Shown in pieces: positions 18,811 through 28,603 of a stretch of 51,542 nucleotides of DNA. The position numbers and the translations under genes are program-made. The notes beneath the pieces are model-generated. The model worked only from the letters and a program-made list of their open reading frames with translations. It did not search any database and was not told where the DNA came from. Origin of the DNA: Abditibacteriaceae bacterium. GTDB lineage: Bacteria > Armatimonadota > Abditibacteriia > Abditibacteriales > Abditibacteriaceae. Positions within the stretch are counted from its first letter, which is position 1, and every line of letters begins with the position of its first letter. The stretch is taken from NCBI GenBank assembly GCA_031372065.1, contig JANMKN010000255.1, forward strand, positions 1 to 51,542, read 5' to 3'.

Positions 18811-21230
18811 AACTTCCGCGCCGTGATTTCCGCAACTGCTCCTTGTTGGTTTTGCTTTCTGTGCTGGCTTATCTGCCCGCGATTTCAGCATTGCTGGCGG
18901 GCGACTGGCCTATTGTAGATGATGGCATTACGCTGTTCAATATTTGGCATGAACTGGCAAATCGCGGCCTGAAAAGCGGAGTTGTGCCGCTGTGGAATCC
19001 GTATTTGTTTTGCGGCTTGCCCTTATTTGCCAACAATCAAAGCGCGGTTTTGTATCCGCCAAATTGGCTTTATTTAATCGTGCCGATGCCGCTGGGTTTG
19101 GTGTTGGACGCGATTTTTCATAATATTCTGCTGGCCTGTGGTGCTTATGTTTTGGGCCGCGCTCTGCGACTGAGCCGCACCTCCAGTTTTTTCATGGCGG
19201 TTGTGTTTTCGTTGGCAGGCGGTGTTGCAGCGCACCTTTACAACGGGCATATGACATGGCACGCTGTGCGCGCTTACTTGCCTTGGGAATTGGCGCTCTT
19301 GTTATTGTATTTGCGGGGCGGGCAAAAACGTTTTATTGTTTTGTTGGGCGTTTGTTTTGCCTTGCAAGTTGCTGCCGGTTACCCGCCTCTGGTTTTGGTC
19401 AGCGCGGCGCTTTGCATCGGATTAGTCGGCGCGTGGCTGCTGGCCTATCGCCGCTTGCCGCAGGGCTGGGCGAACGCGATTTTCCTCTTTGTTTTATTGG
19501 CGGGAACGCTCAGTTCCATTTACATAGTGCCGCTCGCTGAAATGAGTCGGCAATCGGTGCATGGTGACGCGCTTGATCTCCGTTTTGCCACCGCATTATC
19601 GGGTTCGTGGAAGACCTTGGCGCGGTTGCTGGCGCCCGGTTTTTTTGGCAACAACGGCGATGTAGAATGGAGTTTGCGTTACGCGCCGCACGAAGAAGTG
19701 GGCTACATCGGAGTGCTGCCGCTCATTTTGGCTTTGGCAGCCCCGTATCTGGCGCACCGCGCCAAAAACCGCCGCGCGATTTGGCTGGCGTGGTGCTTGT
19801 TGCCCTTTGCGGCGGCTATGGCACTGGGGCGACATTTGCCGCTTTATGGCTGGCTGTTTTCCGTATTTCCTCCGCTGCGCCAAACGCGCGTTCCGGCGCG
19901 CTGGATGGAAATTTTTTATTATGGCGGGGCGATTTTAGCGAGCGTGGGATTTGAGTTCCTTATTCGCCGCCGGGCCACCGGATTGCGGGCCGAACGCCAA
20001 ATTGGAATTTGTTTGCAGTTGCTGTGTTTTTTCTTTCTCGTGCTACTCGGCGCGGTGGCGATGACGCCGTCAAACTCGGCTTTTTGGATGGATATTGTGC
20101 GCGTTCAATTACGAGAAACGGGCAACGTGCTGGCTGATGCCGATGAATTATGGCGTTCTGCAATGTTGGATTCGCTGATTGGAGCCGCCTTTGCCGGCAG
20201 CTTGGTTTTTCTTTGGCGGCGCTGGCTTCGTGAAAACAACCGAAAGAAAATCCGTCAATTGAGTGTGATATTTTTGGTCGTTGTTATCTTGGATTTAACT
20301 GGATATTTTTGGCGCTGCGTGCAAATTGCGCCCCATGAAACCTTGCGCAGCCATGCCACTTTGCCGCAAAACCTGACGACTCTTTATAACCCGCAGGAGC
20401 GTTGGGACACGCAAGTGAGTTACAACATGATGAATCATTGCGCGGCGCGCGGCATTGATACTTTCACCGGTTACGATGCGCTGGGCGCCAAGCGCTATTT
20501 TCAATTTGCCCAGCAGTTGGAAGGCTTTTGGAATTGGGGCGCGCTTTACGAGCCGTCGCGCCGCACGCCGCTGTTGCGCGTGGCGGGCGTGACGCATAGC
20601 ATCACTTCTCCGAAGAAAACGGTGCCTTTTGCCAGCAAAGAATTTCCGAATTACAAGCCGCGTTTAGTTGCCTCATCCGGCGAATTTAAATTATGGAAAT
20701 GGGACGGCGCTTGGCCGCGCGCCTATCTGACACGCGACATAAAAACGGCGCCGGAAAAAAGTCAATTGGCGCTGCTGGAAGCGCTTGCAAGCGACGCAAA
20801 AAATCGTCCGCATCCGCCGGTTGTTATGGACCCAACACAAAATTTAAAAATCGAAAAGTCGCCGCTGGCCGCCGGGGAAGGCGTGATGAATTGGCATCAC
20901 AATTTTGATCGCGTGATATTGCAAACGCGCGCCGCTTCGCCATCGCTTTTGGTTTTTGCCGACACCAATTTCCCCGGCTGGAAAGCGTTCGTCAACGAAA
21001 AATCGGTGCCCATTCAAACGGCGAATTTCCTGTTTCGCGGCGTCGAAGTGCCCGCAGGTGAATCAAAAGTGGAAATGATTTACGAGCCGCAAAGCTATCG
21101 CTTGGGAACGTTTTTAACGCTGTGTGGCCTTGGCGTCTTGGGCTTTTGCGGCGCCGTTTTTGTCGCTTCAAGTTGTGTCCGAAAAAGCGACGACAAAAAG
21201 AAAAACCTTACGCGTGACACTGCTTTTTGA
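18807..21230 (+). CDS. YfhO family membrane protein (putative GT-C glycosyltransferase)
   Basis: PLWNPYLFCGLP, LYPPN, RVPARW, WPRAY, FPGWKAFVN, ANFLFRGV.VPAG, Y.P.S; ATGA overlap with previous gene. Confidence 0.85.
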   Translation: MKLPRRDFRNCSLLVLLSVLAYLPAISALLAGDWPIVDDGITLFNIWHELANRGLKSGVVPLWNPYLFCGLPLFANNQSAVLYPPNWLYLIVPMPLGLVLDAIFHNILLACGAYVLGRALRLSRTSSFFMAVVFSLAGGVAAHLYNGHMTWHAVRAYLPWELALLLLYLRGGQKRFIVLLGVCFALQVAAGYPPLVLVSAALCIGLVGAWLLAYRRLPQGWANAIFLFVLLAGTLSSIYIVPLAEMSRQSVHGDALDLRFATALSGSWKTLARLLAPGFFGNNGDVEWSLRYAPHEEVGYIGVLPLILALAAPYLAHRAKNRRAIWLAWCLLPFAAAMALGRHLPLYGWLFSVFPPLRQTRVPARWMEIFYYGGAILASVGFEFLIRRRATGLRAERQIGICLQLLCFFFLVLLGAVAMTPSNSAFWMDIVRVQLRETGNVLADADELWRSAMLDSLIGAAFAGSLVFLWRRWLRENNRKKIRQLSVIFLVVVILDLTGYFWRCVQIAPHETLRSHATLPQNLTTLYNPQERWDTQVSYNMMNHCAARGIDTFTGYDALGAKRYFQFAQQLEGFWNWGALYEPSRRTPLLRVAGVTHSITSPKKTVPFASKEFPNYKPRLVASSGEFKLWKWDGAWPRAYLTRDIKTAPEKSQLALLEALASDAKNRPHPPVVMDPTQNLKIEKSPLAAGEGVMNWHHNFDRVILQTRAASPSLLVFADTNFPGWKAFVNEKSVPIQTANFLFRGVEVPAGESKVEMIYEPQSYRLGTFLTLCGLGVLGFCGAVFVASSCVRKSDDKKKNLTRDTAF

Positions 21231-21244
21231 AGAAGTCTCATTTT

Positions 21245-22051
21245 ATGCCTCATTTGAAAGCCATCGGCAAGAAAACAGGGGCGGCGCGCGATGATTCGTT
21301 TCCCTTCAACGTGCCCGCCGTGCGCCATTTGGAGCGCTTGGAATTGCAGCAGCCTGTCACGTTTTTCGTGGGTGAAAACGGGTCAGGCAAATCTACGTTG
21401 CTCGAAGGCATCGCGGCTGCCTCGAATGCAATTACCGTGGGCGGCGACGATGTCGAGCGCGATGAAACTTTGGAACACGCGCGCCTTTTGGCCTCGCGTC
21501 TGCGTTTGGAGTGGCGGCGCAAAACCGGGCGAGGCTTCTTTTTGCGCGCCGAAGATTTTTTTAATTTCGGGCGACGAATGCTGCGCACGCAAGCCGAACT
21601 TGATGAAATTATCGCGCGCTACGAAGACGATTTAGCGGCCAACCCGAACGATGAAGGCATTAAGCGCGCGATTGGTTACATTCGCGGCCAGAAAGACGCC
21701 ATTGTGCAGCGCTACGGCGCCAATCTTGACCATAATTCGCACGGCGAAGGCTTCATGAAATTATTTGAAACGCGCCTTGTGCCGGGCGGTTTATATCTGC
21801 TGGACGAACCCGAAGCCGCGCTTTCTCCTTTGCGGCAATTGGCGTTTCTGTCGCAAATCAAAGCAATGACCGCGCAAAATTGTCAGTTTCTCATCGCCAC
21901 ACATTCGCCGATTTTGATGGCGTTTCCCGATGCCGAAATTTTTTCGTTTGATGAAAAACCAATTAAAATTGTGGATTACGAAGACTTGGAACACGTCCGC
22001 CTGACACGCGCGTTTTTAAGCGACCCACAAGCCTTTTTGCGAAGATTATGA
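21245..22051 (+). CDS. ABC-type/AAA predicted ATPase
   Basis: GENGSGKST Walker A, FLRAE, SHGEGF, LLDEPEAALSP, ATHSP. Confidence 0.88.
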   Translation: MPHLKAIGKKTGAARDDSFPFNVPAVRHLERLELQQPVTFFVGENGSGKSTLLEGIAAASNAITVGGDDVERDETLEHARLLASRLRLEWRRKTGRGFFLRAEDFFNFGRRMLRTQAELDEIIARYEDDLAANPNDEGIKRAIGYIRGQKDAIVQRYGANLDHNSHGEGFMKLFETRLVPGGLYLLDEPEAALSPLRQLAFLSQIKAMTAQNCQFLIATHSPILMAFPDAEIFSFDEKPIKIVDYEDLEHVRLTRAFLSDPQAFLRRL

Positions 22052-23685
22052 GTAACCCTGTTTGTCCTCGTTGTGGCGCCGCTGCGCAAACCGAAAACGC
22101 CCACTTTTGCGGCAAATGCGGTTATCGTTTTCCTGAGGTCGCGCCGCTGTCTACGCCGACAAATGCGCCTCAACAAATTGGCGCAACACCATCAGCGATT
22201 GCTACTTCAAAAAAATCCTCGCATAGTTTTGGCACGCTTCGTCAGCGGATTCCTAAGCCGATTTTCTTTGGCCTGAGCGGCGCTTTGGGGTGCCTTTTGG
22301 GTGCGATTATTGGCGAATTGGCGCTGGCGTTTTTGTCGCCGCCTCCGCCACCCCCACCGCCTGCGATTGATGTGATGTTTGTGGTGGATAAAACCATGAG
22401 CATGAGCGAAGAAATCAACGGCGTCAAAGAAGGAATCGCGCAGTTTTCGGCGGAATTCAACGCGCGTGGCTTGCAATCGCGCGAGGGTTTATTGGCTTTT
22501 GGTGATCGTCTTTTTGGCACTGAGCCGGAAGTTCTGAGTTTCGGCGGCGATGTTTTTACAAGCGACACCGCCGCTTTTGAAAACGAAGTGGCGCAAATTG
22601 AGCGTGTAGATGGTGGCGACCTGCCTGAAAGCAGCCTGGACGCTTTAGCTGAGGCAGCGCGGCAACCGTTTCGGCCTGATGCGAAAAAAATTGTCATCCT
22701 GATTACCGATGCCGCGCCGCAGTTGCCCGACAAAGAAACGACTGACCCAAACCAAATCGCACAGCTTTTCAAAGAGCGCCGTATAGACCAATTTCACATC
22801 GTCACCAAAGACGATTTGATGCCTTTGTTTGCGCCCTTGCAAAGCGTCGCGCCGGGACAAACGTTTGTTTTGGAAGAAGATGGCCGCAGCGGTTTTGACC
22901 GCATTTTGGCGGGCATCGGCGGGCAAATCGCCGAGTCTTTGCGCAGTGTGTCGGGCAACCGGCAGTTCGATGCCTCACAGTCGCAGCGCGTGCTTTTGCT
23001 AACCGCTTTATGGACGGCACTTTTGGCCTTTGGCATCACGCTGGGGCTGATGATCGGGCAGAAATTGTATCTCAGGCAGCCTTTCGGCTTTGATAAAAAA
23101 ATTGTTTTTGGTTGCATCGGCGGGTCTTTGGCCGGATTGATTGCCGGTGGCCTCGGCCAATTGCTTTATACCGGCGGTGGGCAGGGCGAAAGCGCGCGCA
23201 TTATCGGCTGGACAATTTTGGGCGCCTGTATTGGCTGGGGTCTTTCGGTTGTGGTGCCGAATTTAGGTCGCAAAAAAGCCGCAGGCGGCGGTGCCTTGGG
23301 CGGCTTCATTGGTGTAATAGCTTTTGTAATTTTAGCCGGTGCTATGTCCGAAACTTGGGGCCGTTTAAGCGGCGCGGCCATTCTTGGTTTTTGCATCGGC
23401 CTTGCGTTGGCGCTCATCGAAATCGTCACGCGCAAAGCGTGGCTCGAAGTGGCGCGCGGCGATAACGAAACGTGGCTTGTCAATTTGGGAGAAGCGCCCG
23501 TTCGCGTCGGCAGCCGCGAGATTTCCGACATTTATGTGCGTGAAATTGAGCCGGATGCTTACCGTTTTCGCTGGGACAACGGCAAAGTGCTGCGCGAGGC
23601 TTTAATAACAGGTCAAACCAGCGAAGTGCGCGATGGCGATACTCTAAACGTCGGCGAAACCGTTGTGACGGTGCGCACGCAGTAA
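22048..23685 (+). CDS. Zinc-ribbon / vWA / multi-TM / FHA-like protein
   Basis: CPRCG...FCGKCG; DVMFVVDKTMSM MIDAS-like, GGDLPE, LITDA; glycine-rich TM block; C-terminal VRVGS...VRDGDTLNVG. Confidence 0.75.
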   Translation: MSNPVCPRCGAAAQTENAHFCGKCGYRFPEVAPLSTPTNAPQQIGATPSAIATSKKSSHSFGTLRQRIPKPIFFGLSGALGCLLGAIIGELALAFLSPPPPPPPPAIDVMFVVDKTMSMSEEINGVKEGIAQFSAEFNARGLQSREGLLAFGDRLFGTEPEVLSFGGDVFTSDTAAFENEVAQIERVDGGDLPESSLDALAEAARQPFRPDAKKIVILITDAAPQLPDKETTDPNQIAQLFKERRIDQFHIVTKDDLMPLFAPLQSVAPGQTFVLEEDGRSGFDRILAGIGGQIAESLRSVSGNRQFDASQSQRVLLLTALWTALLAFGITLGLMIGQKLYLRQPFGFDKKIVFGCIGGSLAGLIAGGLGQLLYTGGGQGESARIIGWTILGACIGWGLSVVVPNLGRKKAAGGGALGGFIGVIAFVILAGAMSETWGRLSGAAILGFCIGLALALIEIVTRKAWLEVARGDNETWLVNLGEAPVRVGSREISDIYVREIEPDAYRFRWDNGKVLREALITGQTSEVRDGDTLNVGETVVTVRTQ

Positions 23686-23690
23686 AAACG

Positions 23691-23723
23691 AAAAGGCCGC
23701 GCTAAAATTAGCGCGGCCTTTTT
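23691..23723. terminator. Bidirectional rho-independent terminator
   Basis: aaaaggccgcgctaa-aa-ttagcgcggccttttt between convergent genes. Confidence 0.85.
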
Positions 23724-23743
23724 CTGTGGTGCTATGGCTGGTG

Positions 23744-24460
23744 CTATGGCGTGCCGGGCGTTGTGGGCGTCGCAGCGTCGCTTGTGCTGCTATGGCCGCC
23801 AATTTTACGGGCATTGAAATAGGTGTCCACGAATAATTCGGTGGCATCGCTTTCACCGCGCAGGCCGATAATGAGATCGTCTATGTCTTCGAGAATGCCA
23901 TCTACCACGCGAAAGCGCGGGCGCAGTCCGGTGGTTTTGGCTTTGCGCTCGCCGCGTGCGCTGCGGGGTGCGCCGATAACATCGTCGTAATCGTCCACCA
24001 AATCGCCCAAGATTTGCACTTTCGCGGCGGTGATGCCGAACTTTGTCCCGGCGGGAGTGGCGCCTTGCGTGAGTGGCAACAGTGCCGCGTGCAAGGCTTT
24101 GGCTTTTTCGAGCAGCACGGTTTCGTGCAGTTGACGCCAATCGGTGAGTTGCAAATCCCACACGGCGGCCCCGCTGATATTGCCGTCTTTGCGCAGTTTG
24201 AGGCGCAGGGCGCGACTGAGCGGATGCGCGGCGTCTTCGAGCGATTTTTCAGCGAGGTTTTGTTCCTCGGTGATGCCGGTAAGCGTTTGCGACTGCGATT
24301 CGCCAAAGGCGCCCAACTCTTGGGCCTTCTGTTCAAACTGTTCGACTAATTCCGTGAGGTATTCTGGATTATCCAGCCACAAAACTTGGTTTTCCGGCTT
24401 GCGCAGCATATCATGCACGCCTTTATACATTCTCAACTTGCGAACTAAATCGTCTTTCAT
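23744..24460 (-). CDS. Conserved hypothetical all-alpha protein
   Basis: 238 aa amphipathic-helical ORF with host-like codon use; KLRMY near the N-terminus, FGIT, IDDLI...FVDTYFNARKI near the C-terminus. Confidence 0.7.
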   Translation of the reverse strand: MKDDLVRKLRMYKGVHDMLRKPENQVLWLDNPEYLTELVEQFEQKAQELGAFGESQSQTLTGITEEQNLAEKSLEDAAHPLSRALRLKLRKDGNISGAAVWDLQLTDWRQLHETVLLEKAKALHAALLPLTQGATPAGTKFGITAAKVQILGDLVDDYDDVIGAPRSARGERKAKTTGLRPRFRVVDGILEDIDDLIIGLRGESDATELFVDTYFNARKIGGHSSTSDAATPTTPGTP

Positions 24461-24548
24461 CTCTGCCCCCAAATGTTGTGATTTCCCACCGACGAAAATC
24501 ACAATATTTACGCCGCTGGGATATTTTTATGATAACGCATTTTGGGGT

Positions 24549-25283
24549 TTATGTGACAAGTTTTTTAGGATTGTCCATCGCGATCCAAATATGCCGAATT
24601 TCAATATCGTCCAAGTCTTTTCTTTTATGGCGAGAATCTAATTTGCAGACGCCCGCTACGCTATCCTCATTTGCCTGTTTCACTACGTCTGCCTTGCTCC
24701 ATCCCGATGTTGAATCAGAGGACAAATCGGTAATCCACCCATTGATTTTTCCAAGCCAGTGGGCTGAATCTTCTTCCTGAACATAACCAATCATGCCTGC
24801 AATTTTATGGCTGGCACCGTGATGTCCAAACTTGAATCGTTGAATTCCACCTGTAGTGCCGGGACTCGTAACCACATATTCTCGTTCATCACGGTCTTTT
24901 TCTTTTGGAGTGGGTAAGCGTTTGCATTCGATTGGAATCAATGGATCGAATTGCGTATGGCGACGGCCCTCAACAAAGATTTCGGGGACGCGTGGATTAG
25001 CTGCAAGATCAATTGCTCTTCTCTTATCCTTTTCCCGGTGAACCTCTGTGCGAAATTGGATGCGGCTCCAAGCCGTGGAACTGTAAGCCGCGCTGTTTAA
25101 ATACGAACAAAGTTGATCCGTCAGTAGGACTTCGGAAGTTTCCTGCATTCTATCAACGTGGTCGCGCCACCGAGGTAATTCATCTGAGATGAAATCAAGT
25201 AAAGCGTAAAGCTGCTCACTGGCAAAATGGATTTGAGGGTCAAGTTGCCCAGGACTAATCGAAGTTTGATTATCAGCCAGCAT
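24549..25283 (-). CDS. Putative PD-(D/E)XK-fold nuclease, partner of the upstream DNA methyltransferase
   Basis: E...IDL...IECKRL catalytic-like pattern; EYV...GGIQRFK.G, AGMIGYVQ; starts 7 nt after the MTase stop; lower GC. Confidence 0.6.
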   Translation of the reverse strand: MLADNQTSISPGQLDPQIHFASEQLYALLDFISDELPRWRDHVDRMQETSEVLLTDQLCSYLNSAAYSSTAWSRIQFRTEVHREKDKRRAIDLAANPRVPEIFVEGRRHTQFDPLIPIECKRLPTPKEKDRDEREYVVTSPGTTGGIQRFKFGHHGASHKIAGMIGYVQEEDSAHWLGKINGWITDLSSDSTSGWSKADVVKQANEDSVAGVCKLDSRHKRKDLDDIEIRHIWIAMDNPKKLVT

Positions 25284-25290
25284 AGTTGAT

Positions 25291-28137
25291 TTAAAATCCT
25301 TGCTCCCACAAGTCCGCTAAGGTCTCATCGGCATCACGCAAAGCGACGGAACGCAGCCAGTAGCGTAGGCGGTCAGGCTTTAAAAGATAAATAAACTGAC
25401 CGTCATAAATGCGGGCAATGCGCGTGATATTCAATCCGCTTCCGCGTTGCTCATGTAACAGTCCATCAATTCTATCCTGCAACTTATCAGCGCCACTCCA
25501 ATCTACTTCGCCATCGCCAAAAACAAAAGGCTGGCAAATAGCACCCGGCCAAATTTGAGCTTCTATTGGGCGCAACTTGTTTTTGTAAATGGCGTTGATT
25601 GGCTGTGTGAAAGTTTCGTTGAAGGCCGGTAGCGCCTCTATTCCGGTTTCTTTCATTGCCGCAGAATCCTCGCCGAGACGAATCAAGTCGCGGTAATAAT
25701 CCACGATGTCATCTACAAGAATTTGTTCGTGTGTGCTGAGGCCTAAATTCCGGTTTTCAGGGTAAGGCAAAGACAGAATGTCAATCGCTGAAAGCGTTGT
25801 TGCTCTCTGTGTAAAAAGCCTCACACTGATTGCCGCGACAAAAGCCTGTAGTGCGGGATGCTCTTGCTGTATCCAATTTTCCATTGCAGATACCAAAACC
25901 GCTTCGTGCTGGTTGCCGCAAATGCCAACAACTTTATTTTTATACGTCAAATAACCTTTACTCCAAAAGCCACAAGGTAAATCCATTTGTTCGCGGATTA
26001 AGAGCATGGGAGGAGTGAAGCGTTTAGCGGAACGTGGGCCTTCGATTAGCTTATCTGGCGCAATAACAATAGCTGAAGCGTCAATTCCACTTAAAGTGAT
26101 AGCTTCTGAAGGTAAAAGGGGATGTCCGATAATATGCTCTGCCGGACGAGAAACATTACTTGCGCCTTCAATAAAACCTTCGCCATAATCCCAACCTTGC
26201 TCTTCTGCATAGTCGCCCAAAGTGCGAAATTCCTTTAGGCGGTCTACGAATCCTAAAACGCGCCCGCCTCCCAAAAGATTACTGCGCCAGACACCATCGT
26301 TGATTAAGGCTAACTGGCGTGGCAACCAGTGCAAGTCGTAGTAATCAATGTCGAAGCCTTGTTCGGCATCGGTGCGTCCAGTGCGGCGAAAAGTGGCGTG
26401 TAGAAGCTGAGTGTCCGGTGCTGGGTTGGTTGCTTCGGCCACAATGACCACAATTTTAGTGTCGGCACTGCCTTTTTGGAACAAGCCACGCACGGAGATG
26501 AAATCTAAAATCTCCCGCACATTCCATCGTTCAATAAACTTCCGGCGAAAATCAAGCGATAGTTGATTGTAGAGGAAGTTATATTGTTGAAGCATTCCCA
26601 GAATGCCCCCTTCGGCCAAAATCTCCATTGATTTATGGAGAAACAGATAGGCAAGTTGTTTATCGGGAAGTAGCCCAACTTTATCTTGGTATTGGTCGTA
26701 AGCACGCTGTGCGCCATCGGTGTTTAGAGATGACGCGAAAGGCGGATTCCCAACCACTGCTCCTACTTGGCCCTCCACTATTTCGTTTTCCAGAGCCTCG
26801 AAAAAACAACTCCGGTGAATGGTGCTACCACGCAAATCGGGAAACAACCGCACACTGGCGCGAATTTCTTCTGGTTTCAAAGCATCGCAAAGCGCAAGGC
26901 AAAGGCTAAAAGCTGCCAGTTCTACGGCGCCGACTTCCAAATCAATGCCGTGAACATGTTTCAAGAGCGCTTGAAGGACATCTTTGTTGGGGCGTTGCCA
27001 GCCGTTTTTGCTACGCCAGTGGAGAACTAAGCGTTTATAGGCTTCGACGAGAAACACCCCGGAACCGCAAGCCGGGTCAAGAATAATTTCCTCTTTTTCA
27101 ATAATCCGGTTCAACCGTTCCCAACTCAGTGTTTCTTCTACGATGAGGCGCACCAGAAAATGTGGTGTATAAACAGCAACCGATTTATCATCAACAAAAA
27201 GCTGATAAATATGGCTGATAAGTTCGACAGGCAAGTCCGCGAAAGAGTAACGCTGCCAGATGGTGCGTTGCCCGCTGGCTTCTTGTTTGCCTTCGACCAA
27301 GTCTGCGAATTTTGCAAGTTCCTGACTGCCGCGTAAAATCGCGCGCTCATTTTCACTCAGGGCGAAGACATGACCATTAAAGCGTTGTTCGAGATGGTCA
27401 AGCAAATCAACCAAGGCAGGGCCATCTGCTAAAACTTCAAAAAATTCAGTTGCTTGTGGACGAAATTGCGCGAAAAATCCGGCTTCAAAAACCTTTCGAT
27501 TTTCCAGATAAGCAATAAGCAACGACAAAATCAACAGTTTGCGACGGAGCGGCGGAGACAAAATGCCCGTTTCGGTTAGATTGTCATGCAACCGCTTCAC
27601 TTCGTTTATGAGGTCTTTTTGTGCAGAATACCTATCCGAAAGGAACTCCTTACAGGTTTCTGGATCGTCCCACAACGCGCCACTTCGCAAAAGCTCCGCA
27701 TCCCACCACGGCTTGTTGATAGATTGTGTTATTTTCGCGGCAAGGTCTAAGGTTTTGTGTGGCCTAAAGTCAATTTCGCCTTTATATTCAAAATCCGGTT
27801 TATGGGCGCACCGAAACAATCGAATCTGGGCCAGAGTTTTGAGATACACCAGCGGAACGCCACCCCAACTCCAAAGACGCTTATGAAGTTTGGCAAATTT
27901 CGACTCTTCAACTGGCCCATCTGACACATAAACAAAGGCTTGGGCGATTGGCGGTTTGCCATCGCGTCCTGCCTCAAAGAAAACAGCAGTGGCTTTATAT
28001 TCTTCTGCCTTTTCCATCACAGCCACTTCTTCGGGAGGCTGACCTTGCTTGTTGTAACCGGCTAAATAGACGAGACCATCCACCGCCGATTCGCCATTAG
28101 CGCTCAGATTTCTCAGCCATTGTCCACGGGTATCCAT
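25291..28137 (-). CDS. Large gamma-class amino-DNA methyltransferase (N-6 DNA methylase, Type IIG/Eco57I-like architecture)
   Basis: LISHIYQ, YTPHF, ILDPACGSGVFL (motif I), GIDL, GNPPF (motif IV), long C-terminal target-recognition region. Confidence 0.88.
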   Translation of the reverse strand: MDTRGQWLRNLSANGESAVDGLVYLAGYNKQGQPPEEVAVMEKAEEYKATAVFFEAGRDGKPPIAQAFVYVSDGPVEESKFAKLHKRLWSWGGVPLVYLKTLAQIRLFRCAHKPDFEYKGEIDFRPHKTLDLAAKITQSINKPWWDAELLRSGALWDDPETCKEFLSDRYSAQKDLINEVKRLHDNLTETGILSPPLRRKLLILSLLIAYLENRKVFEAGFFAQFRPQATEFFEVLADGPALVDLLDHLEQRFNGHVFALSENERAILRGSQELAKFADLVEGKQEASGQRTIWQRYSFADLPVELISHIYQLFVDDKSVAVYTPHFLVRLIVEETLSWERLNRIIEKEEIILDPACGSGVFLVEAYKRLVLHWRSKNGWQRPNKDVLQALLKHVHGIDLEVGAVELAAFSLCLALCDALKPEEIRASVRLFPDLRGSTIHRSCFFEALENEIVEGQVGAVVGNPPFASSLNTDGAQRAYDQYQDKVGLLPDKQLAYLFLHKSMEILAEGGILGMLQQYNFLYNQLSLDFRRKFIERWNVREILDFISVRGLFQKGSADTKIVVIVAEATNPAPDTQLLHATFRRTGRTDAEQGFDIDYYDLHWLPRQLALINDGVWRSNLLGGGRVLGFVDRLKEFRTLGDYAEEQGWDYGEGFIEGASNVSRPAEHIIGHPLLPSEAITLSGIDASAIVIAPDKLIEGPRSAKRFTPPMLLIREQMDLPCGFWSKGYLTYKNKVVGICGNQHEAVLVSAMENWIQQEHPALQAFVAAISVRLFTQRATTLSAIDILSLPYPENRNLGLSTHEQILVDDIVDYYRDLIRLGEDSAAMKETGIEALPAFNETFTQPINAIYKNKLRPIEAQIWPGAICQPFVFGDGEVDWSGADKLQDRIDGLLHEQRGSGLNITRIARIYDGQFIYLLKPDRLRYWLRSVALRDADETLADLWEQGF

Positions 28138-28243
28138 GCGAGAATTCAGTGTTTGCTTGCCTCTTTTTAGAAGCGCAAGCCATAGCCACAGTTTTGCAGC
28201 GGCCAATCCAAAAGTGTTTCCCAGTTTAGCGACACAGCGCTTT

Positions 28244-28537
28244 AAAAACTAACCCGACGCCTTCAATAATTCACCTTACCGGCTCAATAATTGACCCGAC
28301 CACTTCAATAATCGGCCCGACGCGCTCAAAAACTGACAAGACGTGCCCAATAATTGACCTTCCCACTTTAATAATCAACCCGACCACCTCAATAACTGGC
28401 CTTCCCGCTTCAATAATTGACCCGACGCGTCCAAAAATCGGCCCGACGCGAGCAATAATTGACCTTCCCGCTGCGATAATTGACCCGACCACTTCGATAA
28501 TTGAGGCGACGCGGGCGATTTTTTAGGCGACGTTGTC
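28244..28537. repeat. Strict 21-bp tandem array, ~14 mosaic units (array C), consensus AATAATTGACCCGACNNNTTC
   Basis: Units start every 21 nt from 28244 to 28517 with no indels, e.g. aataattgacccgaccacttc, aataatcggcccgacgcgctc, aataattgaccttcccacttt. Confidence 0.92.
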
Positions 28538-28603
28538 AAACATCGGCGCGGCGCGGGCATCAAACAACCCCGCGAGTTTGATTTTTCATCGAAAAAGGGT
28601 TTT

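Noticed and set aside
28244..28537. CRISPR array interpretation of arrays C and D
   Set aside because: Units are contiguous 21-mers with no unique spacers between constant repeats, and no cas genes are in the window
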